NCBI GenBank assembly: GCA_965250005.1
Contig: OZ252279.1
Span: forward strand, 780,001-812,000
From: Demequinaceae bacterium
GTDB taxonomy: Bacteria > Actinomycetota > Actinomycetes > Actinomycetales > Demequinaceae
Direction: 5' to 3'
Length of the DNA stretch: 32,000 nucleotides
Numbering within the stretch: position 1 is the first letter of the stretch; every line of letters begins with the position of its first letter. Below are positions 1 to 9,517 of this stretch, in pieces. A program made the position numbers and the translations under genes. The notes beneath the pieces were generated by a model. That model was not told where the DNA came from. It saw only the letters and a program-made list of their open reading frames with translations, and made no database searches.

Positions 1-321
1 GCGGGTTTCGCGGCCGCCATATCGCCACTAGGCGACAGCATTACGCTCGGCTCGTGCCCGTACGCAGAACTGGTTGCCGAACACCCGATTATCTGCGACA
101 TCCACACGGAGTTGCTCTCGAGCATCCTGGAGGACACCAAACAAGACGTGGCCGTCGCGGGCGTCGATGTGTGGGTCAAGCCCGGCGTCTGCCAAGCGCG
201 CCTGACCCGCGTCGACCTCTCGCCCACCCGAACCGCGACGCCCGGCGCGCTTGATGGCGCCAAACCAGATTTGAAAGAATCGTCAACACCAGCACCGTCA
301 ACCGATAAGGACCCATCATGA
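1..321 (+). CDS. ArsR/SufR-like winged-helix transcriptional regulator, C-terminal part (truncated by window start)
   Basis: Frame 1 is open from base 1 to TGA 319-321: AGFAAAISPLGDSITLGSCPYAELVAEHPIICDIHTELLSSILEDTKQDVAVAGVDVWVKPGVCQARL... The CPYAELVAEHP..C..H..LL......V.PG.C.ARL pattern matches the C-terminal domain of SufR-like regulators. The listed ORF 112..321 is the 3' piece. Confidence 0.6.
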   Translation, partial: AGFAAAISPLGDSITLGSCPYAELVAEHPIICDIHTELLSSILEDTKQDVAVAGVDVWVKPGVCQARLTRVDLSPTRTATPGALDGAKPDLKESSTPAPSTDKDPS

Positions 322-3300
322 CCGCAGTCGAGGAAAACACCGGAAAGATCGCCGGCGACTTCCTGGTGAAGGCAGGCCGCTTCTTCACCCCAGGCGTCAC
401 ATCGCCCGACCTGCGCACGGTGACCCGTGAGGGCGGGCGCGAGGCCGACTCGTTCTATCGCGACCGGTGGAGCCACGACAAGATCGTGCGCAGCACGCAC
501 GGCGTGAACTGCACGGGATCCTGCTCGTGGAAGGTGTACGTCAAGGACGGCGTCATCACGTGGGAGACGCAGCAAACCGACTACCCGAGCGTTGGACCCG
601 ACAGCCCGGAGTACGAGCCCCGCGGGTGCCCGCGCGGCGCCGCCTTCTCCTGGTACACGTACTCCCCCACGCGCGTGCGCTACCCCTACGTGCGCGGAGT
701 CCTACTCGAGGAGTACCGCGCGAAGAAGGCGCAGCACCCCGATCCCATCGACGCGTGGGCTGCCCTCCAAGCCGACCCCGAGGCTCGCGCGCGCTACCAG
801 ATCGCCCGCGGCAAGGGTGGACTAGTCCGCGCTTCATGGGGTGAAGCCCTGGAAATCGCCGCCGCTGCCCACGTCCACACCATCAAGGAGCACGGCCCAG
901 ACCGCGTGTTCGGCTTCTCTCCCATCCCCGCAATGTCGATGGCGTCGCACGCGGCCGGCGGTCGTTTCATCAGCATGCTCGGCGGCTCGATGCTGTCGTT
1001 CTACGACTGGTACTGCGACCTCCCCATCGCGTCGCCCCAGGTGTTCGGCGACCAGACGGACGTCCCCGAATCCGCAGACTGGTGGAACGCGTCCTACCTG
1101 ATCATGTGGGGCGCGAACGTCCCCGTGACCCGCACCCCCGACGCCCACTTCATGGCCGAGGCCCGCTATCGCGGCCAAAAAGTTGTCACCGTCTCGCCCG
1201 ACTACGCCGACAACACCAAGTTCGCCGACGAGTGGATGAGCCCCCACCCCGGCACCGACGGCGCACTAGCGATGGCCATGGGCCACGTGCTCCTCAAGGA
1301 GTTCTACGTGGACCGCCAGGTGCCGCGCTTCGTCGAATACGTCAAGCAGTACAGCGACCTGCCGTTCCTGGTGAGCCTGCGCGAGAAGGACGGCGCGTGG
1401 GTGCCGGACAAGTTCGTCACCGCCGCAGACCTAGGCGACAAGAGCGAAAACGCCGAGTTCAAGACGGTGCTAATCGATTCGAAAACCGGCAAGCCCGCGG
1501 TGCCCAACGGATCGCTCGGCTTCCGGTTTGGCGAGGAGGGCGAGGGCAAATGGAATCTCGACCTCGAAGGCGTGGACCCCGCACTGTCGATGTACAAGGC
1601 GAAGGGCACAGAGACCGCCGAGGTCCTCCTGCCGCGCTTCGACCTAGCCCAGGAAAAGAACGAAGGTGGCGGCGTGCACCACCGCGGCGTCCCCGCGGGC
1701 CGCCTCAAGACCAAGAACGGCGAACGCCTGGTCACCACCGTTTTCGACCTCACTCTCGCGCAGTACGGCGTGGGCCGTGACGGACTGCCAGGCGAATGGC
1801 CCAAGGACTACGACGACCCGGCCCCGTACACGCCTGCGTGGCAGGAGGGCATCACCGGCGTCCCCGCCGAGACCGCGGCGCGTATCGGCCGCGAGTTCGC
1901 GCAGAACGCCGAGGACTCGGGTGGCCGCTCGATGATCATCCTTGGCGCAGGAACCAACCACTGGTTCCACTCCGACGAGATCTATCGGACGTTCCTCGCG
2001 CTCGTCACCCTCGCGGGCACGCAGGGAATCAATGGCGGCGGTTGGGCCCACTACGTTGGCCAGGAGAAGTGCCGCCCCGTCACCGGCTGGGCCACGCTCG
2101 CCTTCGGGCTCGACTGGGTGCGACCGCCGCGCCAGATGATCGGCACCGCGTTCTGGTACGTCAACACCGGCCAGTACCGCTACGACGGCATGGGCCCCGA
2201 AGCTGTCTCCTCGCCGCTCGGCGACGGCCGCTTCAAGGGCAAGGCCGCGATCGACGTGATCGCGCAGTCGGCGCGCTCGGGATGGATGCCTTCGTACCCC
2301 ACGTTCGACACCAACTCGCTCGAGCTGGGCGCCGCGATCGAGAAGTCGGGCAAGTCCGCCGGCGACTACATGACGGAGAAGCTCAAGTCTGGCGAGGTGA
2401 ACTTCGCGATCGAAGACCCGGAGGCCGAGAAGAACTGGCCCCGCGTGCTCACCGTGTGGCGGGCCAACCTGCTGGGCTCGTCGGCCAAGGGCAACGAGTA
2501 CTTCCTTCACCACCTGCTGGGCGCGGACAGCTCGAAGCGGGCTCAAGAGTCCGGCGAGGAGCATCGACCGCAGGATGTCAAGTGGGGCGAGGCGGGCGCC
2601 GGCAAGCTCGACCTGCTCATCGCAATGGACTACCGGATGACCAGCACCGGCCTATACAGCGACGTCCTTTTCCCTGCCGCCACCTGGTACGAGAAGCACG
2701 ACCTGTCCTCGACCGACATGCACCCGTTTGTGCACGCCTTCACCCCGGCCATCAACCCGCCGTGGGAGACCAAGAGCGACTACGACACGTTCCAGGACCT
2801 TGCGCGCGAGGTCTCGAAACTGTCCAAGGGCCACCTCGGCAAGGTCAAGGACCTGGTCGCCGTCCCCCTTCTCCACGACACTCCCGACGCCATGGCGCTG
2901 CCCAGCGGCATCGTCAAGGACTGGAAAACCGGAGAAGTCGACCTGATCCCCGGCAAGACCGCACCCAAGTTTGTCGTGGTCGAGCGCGACTACACCGAGT
3001 TCGCGGACCGCATGTCCGCGCTCGGACCGCTGGTCGAGAAGCTCGGGACGATGACCAAGGGCGTGCCGGTGAAGCCGGAGGCCGAGGTCGAGCTCCTAGC
3101 CGGCGTCAACGGCGTGATCGCCGAGGGCCCCGCGGCCGGGCGCCCCGCACTCACCACCGCCATCCACGCGTGCGAGACCATCCTCGCGCTGTCCGGCACC
3201 ACCAACGGCCGCGTCGCGGTCGAGGGCTTCCGCGCGCTCGAGAAGCGCACGGGGCAGAAGCTAGCCGACCTCGCGCTCGACAACGAGGGCAAACGCATCA

Positions 3301-4016
3301 CGTTCGCGGATACCCAGGCGCGACCGGTGCCGGTGATCACGAGCCCCGAATGGTCGGGAAGTGAGCACGGCGGACGCCGGTACACCGCCTTCGCGATCAA
3401 CGTCGAACGACTCAAGCCCTGGCACACCCTCACCGGACGCCAGCACCTGTTCCTCGACCACGACTGGATGACGGAGATCGGCGAAAACCTGCCCACGTTC
3501 CGGCCCCCGCTCAACATGCACCGGATCTTCGGCGACCAAAAGACCGGCAAGGGCAAGGAGGTCACGGTCCGCTACCTGACGCCGCACTCCAAGTGGTCCA
3601 TCCACTCGAACTACCAGGACAACCAGTACATGCTCTCGCTCAGCCGCGGCGGGCCTGACATCTGGATGAGCCCGGAGGACGCCGACGCGATCGACGTCAA
3701 GGACAACGAGTGGATCGAGGCGTACAACCGCAACGGCGTGGTGGTCGCTCGCGCGATCGTCTCGCACCGCATGCCCGCTGGCACCGTGTACATGTACCAC
3801 GCGAAGGATCGCCTGGTCGATGTGCCGATCGCAGAAGAGTCCGGCAAGCGCGGCGGCATTCACAACTCGCTCACGCGGCTCATGATCAAGCCCACCCACC
3901 TGGTCGGCGGCTATGGCCAACTGTCCTTCTTCTTCAACTACCTGGGCCCAACCGGTAACCAGCGCGACGAGGTGACGGTCATACGTCGCCGCTCGCAGGA
4001 GGTGACGTACTCATGA
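318..4016 (+). CDS. narG: Respiratory nitrate reductase alpha subunit
   Basis: 1232 aa ORF with HGVNCTGSCSWKVYVKDGVITWETQQTDYP near the N-terminus, typical of NarG; followed directly by narHJI. Confidence 0.97.
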   Translation: MTAVEENTGKIAGDFLVKAGRFFTPGVTSPDLRTVTREGGREADSFYRDRWSHDKIVRSTHGVNCTGSCSWKVYVKDGVITWETQQTDYPSVGPDSPEYEPRGCPRGAAFSWYTYSPTRVRYPYVRGVLLEEYRAKKAQHPDPIDAWAALQADPEARARYQIARGKGGLVRASWGEALEIAAAAHVHTIKEHGPDRVFGFSPIPAMSMASHAAGGRFISMLGGSMLSFYDWYCDLPIASPQVFGDQTDVPESADWWNASYLIMWGANVPVTRTPDAHFMAEARYRGQKVVTVSPDYADNTKFADEWMSPHPGTDGALAMAMGHVLLKEFYVDRQVPRFVEYVKQYSDLPFLVSLREKDGAWVPDKFVTAADLGDKSENAEFKTVLIDSKTGKPAVPNGSLGFRFGEEGEGKWNLDLEGVDPALSMYKAKGTETAEVLLPRFDLAQEKNEGGGVHHRGVPAGRLKTKNGERLVTTVFDLTLAQYGVGRDGLPGEWPKDYDDPAPYTPAWQEGITGVPAETAARIGREFAQNAEDSGGRSMIILGAGTNHWFHSDEIYRTFLALVTLAGTQGINGGGWAHYVGQEKCRPVTGWATLAFGLDWVRPPRQMIGTAFWYVNTGQYRYDGMGPEAVSSPLGDGRFKGKAAIDVIAQSARSGWMPSYPTFDTNSLELGAAIEKSGKSAGDYMTEKLKSGEVNFAIEDPEAEKNWPRVLTVWRANLLGSSAKGNEYFLHHLLGADSSKRAQESGEEHRPQDVKWGEAGAGKLDLLIAMDYRMTSTGLYSDVLFPAATWYEKHDLSSTDMHPFVHAFTPAINPPWETKSDYDTFQDLAREVSKLSKGHLGKVKDLVAVPLLHDTPDAMALPSGIVKDWKTGEVDLIPGKTAPKFVVVERDYTEFADRMSALGPLVEKLGTMTKGVPVKPEAEVELLAGVNGVIAEGPAAGRPALTTAIHACETILALSGTTNGRVAVEGFRALEKRTGQKLADLALDNEGKRITFADTQARPVPVITSPEWSGSEHGGRRYTAFAINVERLKPWHTLTGRQHLFLDHDWMTEIGENLPTFRPPLNMHRIFGDQKTGKGKEVTVRYLTPHSKWSIHSNYQDNQYMLSLSRGGPDIWMSPEDADAIDVKDNEWIEAYNRNGVVVARAIVSHRMPAGTVYMYHAKDRLVDVPIAEESGKRGGIHNSLTRLMIKPTHLVGGYGQLSFFFNYLGPTGNQRDEVTVIRRRSQEVTYS

Positions 4017-5668
4017 AAGTCATGGCCCAAGTAGGAATGGTGATGAACCTCGACAAGTGCATCGGCTGCCACACGTGCTCGGTCACATGCAAGCAAGCGT
4101 GGACCAACCGCGATGGAGTCGAGTACGCGTGGTTCAACAACGTGGAGACGCGGCCCGGTCAGGGCTACCCGCGCGGCCACGAAGATCAAAACAAGTGGCA
4201 GGGAGGCTGGGAGCTTAACAAGCGCGGGAAGCTGAAGCTCAAGTCGGGCGGCCGCCTCAAGCGCCTCGCGACGATCTTCAACAACCCCAAGTTGCCCGAG
4301 GTCAGCGACTACTACGAGCCCTGGACCTACGACTACGACAACCTCATCTCGGCTCCGGCAAGCAAACACTCGCCGGTAGCTCAGCCCATCTCCGTCAATT
4401 CGGGCAAGCCCATGAAGATCCAGTGGTCGGCCAACTGGGACGACAACCTGGGCGGCGGCGTGGAGAACGGGCCCAAGGACCCGATCATCCAGAAGATCAA
4501 GGGTGAGGTGGGTGACCGGGTCAAGTTCGAGTTCGAGCAGGCGTTCATGTTCTACCTGCCGCGCATCTGCGAACACTGCCTCAACCCCGCTTGCGTCGCA
4601 GCCTGCCCGTCGGGTGCGATGTACAAGCGCAGCGAGGACGGCATCGTGCTGGTGGACCAGGATGCGTGCCGCGGTTGGCGCATGTGCGTGACTGGCTGCC
4701 CGTACAAGAAGGTCTTCTTCAACCACGCGACAGGCAAGGCCGAGAAGTGCACCATGTGCTACCCGCGCATCGAGGCGGGTCAGCCCACGGTTTGCTCGGA
4801 GACATGCGTCGGCCGCTTGCGTTACTTAGGCCTGTTCTTGTACGACGCGGACAAGGTCGCGGCAGCGGCCACCACGCCGGACGAGACGGACCTATACGAG
4901 GCGCAGCTCGACCTCATTCTCGACCCGCACGACCCCGAGGTACAGGCAGCAGCCAAGCGCGACGGCATCGCCGATGACTGGATGGTGGCGGCACAGAAGT
5001 CCCCCATATACCGTCTGGCCAAGGAGTTCCGCGTGGCGCTACCGCTGCACCCGGAGTACCGGACGATGCCCATGGTTTGGTACATCCCGCCGCTGTCGCC
5101 CGTGGTCGACTCGCTCAAGGAGACCGGTCACGACGCGGAGGACGCCGACAACCTGTTCGGCGCGCTGCGCTCGCTCCGCATCCCGGTCGAGTACCTTGCG
5201 GAACTGTTCACCGCGGGAGACGTCGCGCCCGTGCTTCGCTCGCTGGACACACTGTCCGCAATGCGCTCGTACATGCGCGACAAGAACATTGGCAACGAGC
5301 TGCAGCCGGACATCCCGGCGCGCGTAGGCATGAGCGAAGAGACGATGCTCGAGATGTACCGTTTGCTCGCGATCGCCAAGTACGAGGACCGTTACGTGGT
5401 CCCCGCCGCTCACGCAGAAGCCGGCAAGGAACTCGAGGACCTGGCGTGCTCGCTCGACGGCGAGGGCGGCCCCGGCCAGTTCGCGCACGCGGGCGCGGCC
5501 CAGGCAGCCAAGCCCAAGTCCGTTGCCGCCGAGAGTTTCCATGCCCTCAAGGACGACGGACACCTGCAATCGGATGCCTCTCGCACGATGTCCGCGGACG
5601 TCAACCTCCCCAACTGGGACGGCAAGGGTGTCCCACTGGGAATGCCGAAGATCAGGAACAAGTCATGA
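4013..5668 (+). CDS. narH: Respiratory nitrate reductase beta subunit (Fe-S)
   Basis: Cysteine clusters CIGCHTCSVTCKQAW, CEHCLNPACVAACPSGAMYKR, CRGWRMCVTGCPYKK, CTMCYPRIEAGQPTVCSETC; ATGA-type overlap with narG. Confidence 0.97.
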   Translation: MKVMAQVGMVMNLDKCIGCHTCSVTCKQAWTNRDGVEYAWFNNVETRPGQGYPRGHEDQNKWQGGWELNKRGKLKLKSGGRLKRLATIFNNPKLPEVSDYYEPWTYDYDNLISAPASKHSPVAQPISVNSGKPMKIQWSANWDDNLGGGVENGPKDPIIQKIKGEVGDRVKFEFEQAFMFYLPRICEHCLNPACVAACPSGAMYKRSEDGIVLVDQDACRGWRMCVTGCPYKKVFFNHATGKAEKCTMCYPRIEAGQPTVCSETCVGRLRYLGLFLYDADKVAAAATTPDETDLYEAQLDLILDPHDPEVQAAAKRDGIADDWMVAAQKSPIYRLAKEFRVALPLHPEYRTMPMVWYIPPLSPVVDSLKETGHDAEDADNLFGALRSLRIPVEYLAELFTAGDVAPVLRSLDTLSAMRSYMRDKNIGNELQPDIPARVGMSEETMLEMYRLLAIAKYEDRYVVPAAHAEAGKELEDLACSLDGEGGPGQFAHAGAAQAAKPKSVAAESFHALKDDGHLQSDASRTMSADVNLPNWDGKGVPLGMPKIRNKS

Positions 5669-6294
5669 GCGAGACAACCGCAGCAGCGCGGCTCGCGGCG
5701 TCCTGGCTGCTCTGGTACCCGGACGAAAAGCTCATGGAGCGGCTGCCGGGTATCAACGAGGTCATCGAGCAAGCGCCCGCCAAGGTGCGGGACCCTCTCG
5801 CGCGGATGATCGAGCACCTGGAAGGCACGCCTCTTCTCGACGTTCAGAAGCACTACGTGCAGACGTTCGACATGAAGCGCAAGGCCTGCCCGTACCTGAC
5901 GTACTGGACCGATGGGGATACGCGCAATCGCGGGTTCTCTATCGTCCGCTTCAAGCAGGCGTACCTGGACGCCGGGTTCGACATCGGCGACTCCGAGCTT
6001 CCCGACCACCTCGCGGTGGTGTTGGAGTTCGCCGCCCTGGGGGACCGCATGACGGGCGACGCGCTTCTCGTCGAACACCGTGTGCCTATCGGCCTGCTGC
6101 GCGAGGCGCTCGCCAATGTCGAGTCGCCTTACGTGGACGTACTCGACGCGGTGCTGGCAACGCTGCCGAATATGACCCCCGAGATCGCCGAGCGCATGGC
6201 GTCGCTCGCCAAGCAGGGACCACCAACCGAAATGGTGGGCCTTGACCCATTCCCGACTGCGCTGGGCGCAGAGGCTGTAGGAGGCCGACGATGA
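5665..6294 (+). CDS. narJ: Nitrate reductase molybdenum cofactor assembly chaperone
   Basis: MSETTAAARLAASWLLWYPDEKL...HYVQTFDMKRKACPYLTYWTDGDTRNRG...; ATG overlaps the narH stop (ATGA). The 5077 start in the ORF track is an extension inside narH. Confidence 0.93.
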   Translation: MSETTAAARLAASWLLWYPDEKLMERLPGINEVIEQAPAKVRDPLARMIEHLEGTPLLDVQKHYVQTFDMKRKACPYLTYWTDGDTRNRGFSIVRFKQAYLDAGFDIGDSELPDHLAVVLEFAALGDRMTGDALLVEHRVPIGLLREALANVESPYVDVLDAVLATLPNMTPEIAERMASLAKQGPPTEMVGLDPFPTALGAEAVGGRR

Positions 6295-7079
6295 TCGCCG
6301 AAGCTGTAGAAATTAGCGGCGCAGAGTCGCTGTCGAGCGCGAGCCTGATCCTGTGGGTGGCGCTGCCCTACGTGTGCGTGGCGACGCTGATCGTGGGCCT
6401 TATCTGGCGCCACCGCTACGACAAATTTGGCTGGACCACGCGGTCGAGCCAGTTCTACGGCGGCCGAGTCATGAGCATCGCGAGCCCGCTGTTCCACTTT
6501 GGCATTATCGCCGTGATCATGGGCCACATCCTTGGGCTACTCGTTCCCGACTCGTGGACCGAGGCGATCGGAATCAACGAGCACACGTACCACACGTACA
6601 CGGTCCCGCTCAGTCTGGCCGCCGGCGCCGCGACCGTCATCGGCGTGGCGATGCTCATCTACCGCCGACGCACAACCGCGACGGTGTTCAACCGCACCAC
6701 CACCAACGACAAAGTCATGTATCTCTTCCTTGGAAGCGCTGTCCTGCTCGGGATCACCGCGTCGTGGTACGCCGCGGGAGTGATCGGCGAGGGGCACGAG
6801 TACCGCCACGACGTCTCAATTTGGCTGCGATCGGTGCTGACCTTCCAGCCCGAACCCGAACACATCGCGTCTGCTCCGTGGGCGTTCCAGTGGCACGTGA
6901 TCGCCGGATTCGTCCTGTTCGCCGTATGGCCGTTCACACGCCTCGTGCACGTGTTCAGTGCGCCGTTCCAGTACCTGACCCGGCCCTACGTGGTGTACCG
7001 CAGCCGCGGCAAGCGCAAGACGTTCGGAACCGGAAACCGCGAGGCGCGACGCGGGTGGGAACCCAGCCGTCGCAACTAG
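6291..7079 (+). CDS. narI: Respiratory nitrate reductase gamma subunit (cytochrome b)
   Basis: Polytopic ORF with PYVCVATLIVGLIWRHRYDKFGWTTRSSQFY...SPLFHFGIIAVIMGHILGLLVP...FQWHVIAGFVLFAVWPFTRLVHVFSAP, typical of NarI; overlaps the narJ stop. Confidence 0.96.
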   Translation: MIAEAVEISGAESLSSASLILWVALPYVCVATLIVGLIWRHRYDKFGWTTRSSQFYGGRVMSIASPLFHFGIIAVIMGHILGLLVPDSWTEAIGINEHTYHTYTVPLSLAAGAATVIGVAMLIYRRRTTATVFNRTTTNDKVMYLFLGSAVLLGITASWYAAGVIGEGHEYRHDVSIWLRSVLTFQPEPEHIASAPWAFQWHVIAGFVLFAVWPFTRLVHVFSAPFQYLTRPYVVYRSRGKRKTFGTGNREARRGWEPSRRN

Positions 7080-7101
7080 CGGCGCCGCCTAAACTGACCT
7101 G

Positions 7102-7602
7102 ATGTCCTCTACCTCCCTCGCGGGCGTTCCGTGCACCGTGATCACGGTCTCCGATCGGTCGGCTCGTGGTGACCGCGCGGACGCCACGGGTCCCGTCATT
7201 GCCGCTGCCCTCGCAGATGCGGGGGCAGCCGTCACGCCAACCGTGATCGAGGATGGCGAGCAGTCAGTAAGCGATGCGCTTGGCGCGGCGATACAAGCCG
7301 GCGCGCGCGTGGTGGTGACAACGGGAGGAACGGGCGTCGGCCCCCGCGACAAGACGCCCGAGGGCACGGCGCCGCACATCGCCGTCGCGCTTCCGGGCAT
7401 CCCCGAGCTCCTGCGCGGGCGCGACATTCGCGCCCTGCCGCAAGCGGCGCTATCCCGCGGGCTCGCCGGCCTGAGCGCCGGCACTGCACCTGCCGTCATC
7501 GTCAACCTTCCGGGGTCGCCCAACGCCGTCGAATCCGCGATGCACGTGGTTCCCACCCTGGTCGCCCACGCGCTGGCCCAAGTAGACGGGGGCGGCCATT
7601 GA
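7102..7602 (+). CDS. mog: MogA/MoaB-family molybdenum cofactor biosynthesis protein
   Basis: VITVSDRSARGDRADATGPV...VVVTTGGTGVGPRDKTPEGT, MoCF_biosynth motif. Confidence 0.88.
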   Translation: MSSTSLAGVPCTVITVSDRSARGDRADATGPVIAAALADAGAAVTPTVIEDGEQSVSDALGAAIQAGARVVVTTGGTGVGPRDKTPEGTAPHIAVALPGIPELLRGRDIRALPQAALSRGLAGLSAGTAPAVIVNLPGSPNAVESAMHVVPTLVAHALAQVDGGGH

Positions 7603-8015
7603 TCGCCATTGCCGCCATCACGCCTGAGCCGCTGTCGCTCGACGCGCACGTCGACGCGGTCCGGTCGCCGCGCTTCGGCGCCGTCGCCACATTCGTGGGC
7701 CTAGTCCGCGACCACGATCCGTCGGTCGCGGGCGAGGTCACCCACCTCGAGTATTCATCGCACCCGGACGCAGGCTCCGCGATTGCAAGACTTGCCGCGC
7801 ACCTCGACAGGGACGACGTCACCATCGCCGTCACTCACCGGACGGGCATGCTCGCGGTCGGTGACGCCGCGATCGTAGCCGCCGTTGGCAGCGCACACCG
7901 CGCCGAGGCGCTGACCGTGCTCGCGGAGCTGGTGGAGCGCGTCAAGGCCGAGGCGCCGATCTGGAAGCGCGAAATCCTCACCGACGGCTCCCACACGTGG
8001 GTGGGCATCCAGTGA
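7599..8015 (+). CDS. moaE: Molybdopterin synthase catalytic subunit MoaE
   Basis: ATFVGLVRDHD...HLEYSSHPDAG...HRTGMLAVGDAAIVAAVGSAHRAEA...KAEAPIWKREILTDGSHTWVG; probable TTG start overlapping the upstream stop. Confidence 0.92.
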   Translation: MIAIAAITPEPLSLDAHVDAVRSPRFGAVATFVGLVRDHDPSVAGEVTHLEYSSHPDAGSAIARLAAHLDRDDVTIAVTHRTGMLAVGDAAIVAAVGSAHRAEALTVLAELVERVKAEAPIWKREILTDGSHTWVGIQ

Positions 8016-9013
8016 CCGCCGGGATGCTGATCGACAAACACGGGCGCGTGCACCGCGACCTGCGGATAAGCCTCACGGACCGGTGCTCGCTTCGCTGCAC
8101 GTACTGCATGCCCGCGGACGGCGTCCCTTGGCTCGCCTCGTCCACTCTGCTGACCACAACGGAACTGGTGCGACTCACACGAGTCGCCGCCGGCCTAGGC
8201 GTGAGGGGAGTCCGCCTCACCGGTGGCGAGCCTCTCCTGCGACCCGACGTGGTGGACGTGGTCCGTCAACTCACCGCCGTGGAAGGCCCCGACGGGCCGC
8301 TCGAACTATCTCTAACGACGAACGCCCTGCGCCTGCCCGCACTTGCCGCTCCCCTCCGCGATGCCGGTCTCGCGCGCGTGAACATCTCGCTCGACACCCT
8401 GCAGCGCGCGCGCTTCATCGAACTCACCCGGCGCGACCGGCTCGCGGACACACTTGCGGGAATCGAGGCTGCGCGCGTGGTCGGGTTCGATCCGGTCAAG
8501 ATCAACGCGCTCATCATGAAGGGCGTCAATGAGGACGAGGCCCTCGACCTGGTCCGGTTCGCCGCCGAGCGCGAACTCCACATGCGGTTCATCGAGTTCA
8601 TGCCTCTGGACGCCGGGCACGCGTGGAAGCGCAACCAGATTGTCACGGGTGAGGAGATCTTCGACGCCGTCGCCGCGGCACTCCCGCTCGCGGAAGTTCC
8701 CGGTCGCGGCAGGTCCCCTGCCCAAGAGTGGCTCATCGATGGTGGACCCGCGACGCTGGGCGTCATCGCATCCGTGACTCAGCCGTTCTGTGAGGCATGC
8801 GACCGTGTGCGGCTCACGGCCGACGGCCAGTTCCGTAACTGCCTCTTCGCTCACGAAGAATCGGACCTGCGCACGCTCATGCGCAACGGGGTGGACGACG
8901 ACGCGCTGGCTGCGGCCATGATCGCGTGCGTCACGCGCAAGCAGCCCAGCCACGGAATCGACGATCCGACGTTCACGCAGCCCGACCGTCCCATGAGCGC
9001 CATCGGCGGCTAG
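8012..9013 (+). CDS. moaA: GTP 3',8-cyclase
   Basis: Radical SAM motif SLTDRCSLRCTYCMPADG, C-terminal Fe-S region CEACDRVRLTADGQFRNCLF and terminal ...SAIGG. Probable GTG start at 8012 overlapping the moaE stop (GTGA). Confidence 0.95.
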   Translation: MTAGMLIDKHGRVHRDLRISLTDRCSLRCTYCMPADGVPWLASSTLLTTTELVRLTRVAAGLGVRGVRLTGGEPLLRPDVVDVVRQLTAVEGPDGPLELSLTTNALRLPALAAPLRDAGLARVNISLDTLQRARFIELTRRDRLADTLAGIEAARVVGFDPVKINALIMKGVNEDEALDLVRFAAERELHMRFIEFMPLDAGHAWKRNQIVTGEEIFDAVAAALPLAEVPGRGRSPAQEWLIDGGPATLGVIASVTQPFCEACDRVRLTADGQFRNCLFAHEESDLRTLMRNGVDDDALAAAMIACVTRKQPSHGIDDPTFTQPDRPMSAIGG

Positions 9014-9026
9014 CCCGAGGTTTGGC

Positions 9027-9263
9027 CTATCCGCCGGCAAAAGGCGGCAGGACGTCCACCTTGGCGTCCGGCGCGAGGGCCCGGGCCGCATCGTCTACCC
9101 GTACGCCGTCCACAATCACAGCGCATTGGCGCAGAACGCGCGACGCGTCGGCGCCCCTGGATCCGAGGGTCTCGATCAGCGCGCCAAGAGTGACGGCATC
9201 AACGTCTAGTTCGGACGCGTCGCACGCCTCGGCGGCGGCGGCAAACAGGCGTACCTGCGCCAC
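9027..9263 (-). CDS. moaD: MoaD/ThiS-family molybdopterin synthase sulfur carrier subunit
   Basis: VAQVRLFAAAAEACDASELDVDAVTLGALIETLG...CAVIVDGVRVDD...DAKVDVLPPFAGG with C-terminal GG; GTG start shares one base with the upstream stop (TAGTG). Confidence 0.85.
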   Translation of the reverse strand: MAQVRLFAAAAEACDASELDVDAVTLGALIETLGSRGADASRVLRQCAVIVDGVRVDDAARALAPDAKVDVLPPFAGG

Positions 9264-9517
9264 TAGCGCGACTCCCACTCGATGGCGAGCTTGGACGCAG
9301 CGGCCGACGCACGCGCAACGGCATCCGGATCGCCGCCTGAAGCGCCAGCGGCCCAACCGATCAGGAATGTAGCGAGAGGCGCGGCAGGTCGCGTGACGCC
9401 GTGGGCGGCGTCACGCGCCACGTCCAACAGGGCCTGAACGTCCACATCTCCGACCTCTAGATTCAGCTCGGCGGCCAATGCGCGCAACCAACTCTCCATC
9501 AGTTCCGGGTCAGCCAT
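9263..9517 (-). CDS. Small DUF6457-like protein in the Moco cluster
   Basis: 84 aa, MADPELMESWLRALAAELNLEVGDVDVQALLDVARDAAHGVTRPAAPLATFLIGWAAG...; overlaps mobA and moaD at its ends, so it looks like a real operon member. Confidence 0.65.
   Translation of the reverse strand: MADPELMESWLRALAAELNLEVGDVDVQALLDVARDAAHGVTRPAAPLATFLIGWAAGASGGDPDAVARASAAASKLAIEWESR

Noticed and set aside
1796-3364. 522-aa plus-strand ORF within narG
   Set aside because: Shadow ORF inside the strongly supported narG frame; Arg/His-rich composition and no recognisable motif.
5077-5664. Upstream extension of the narJ frame (ORF 5077..6294, 405 aa)
   Set aside because: Arg/Pro-rich out-of-frame translation of narH; NarJ homology and the ATGA overlap place the start at 5665.
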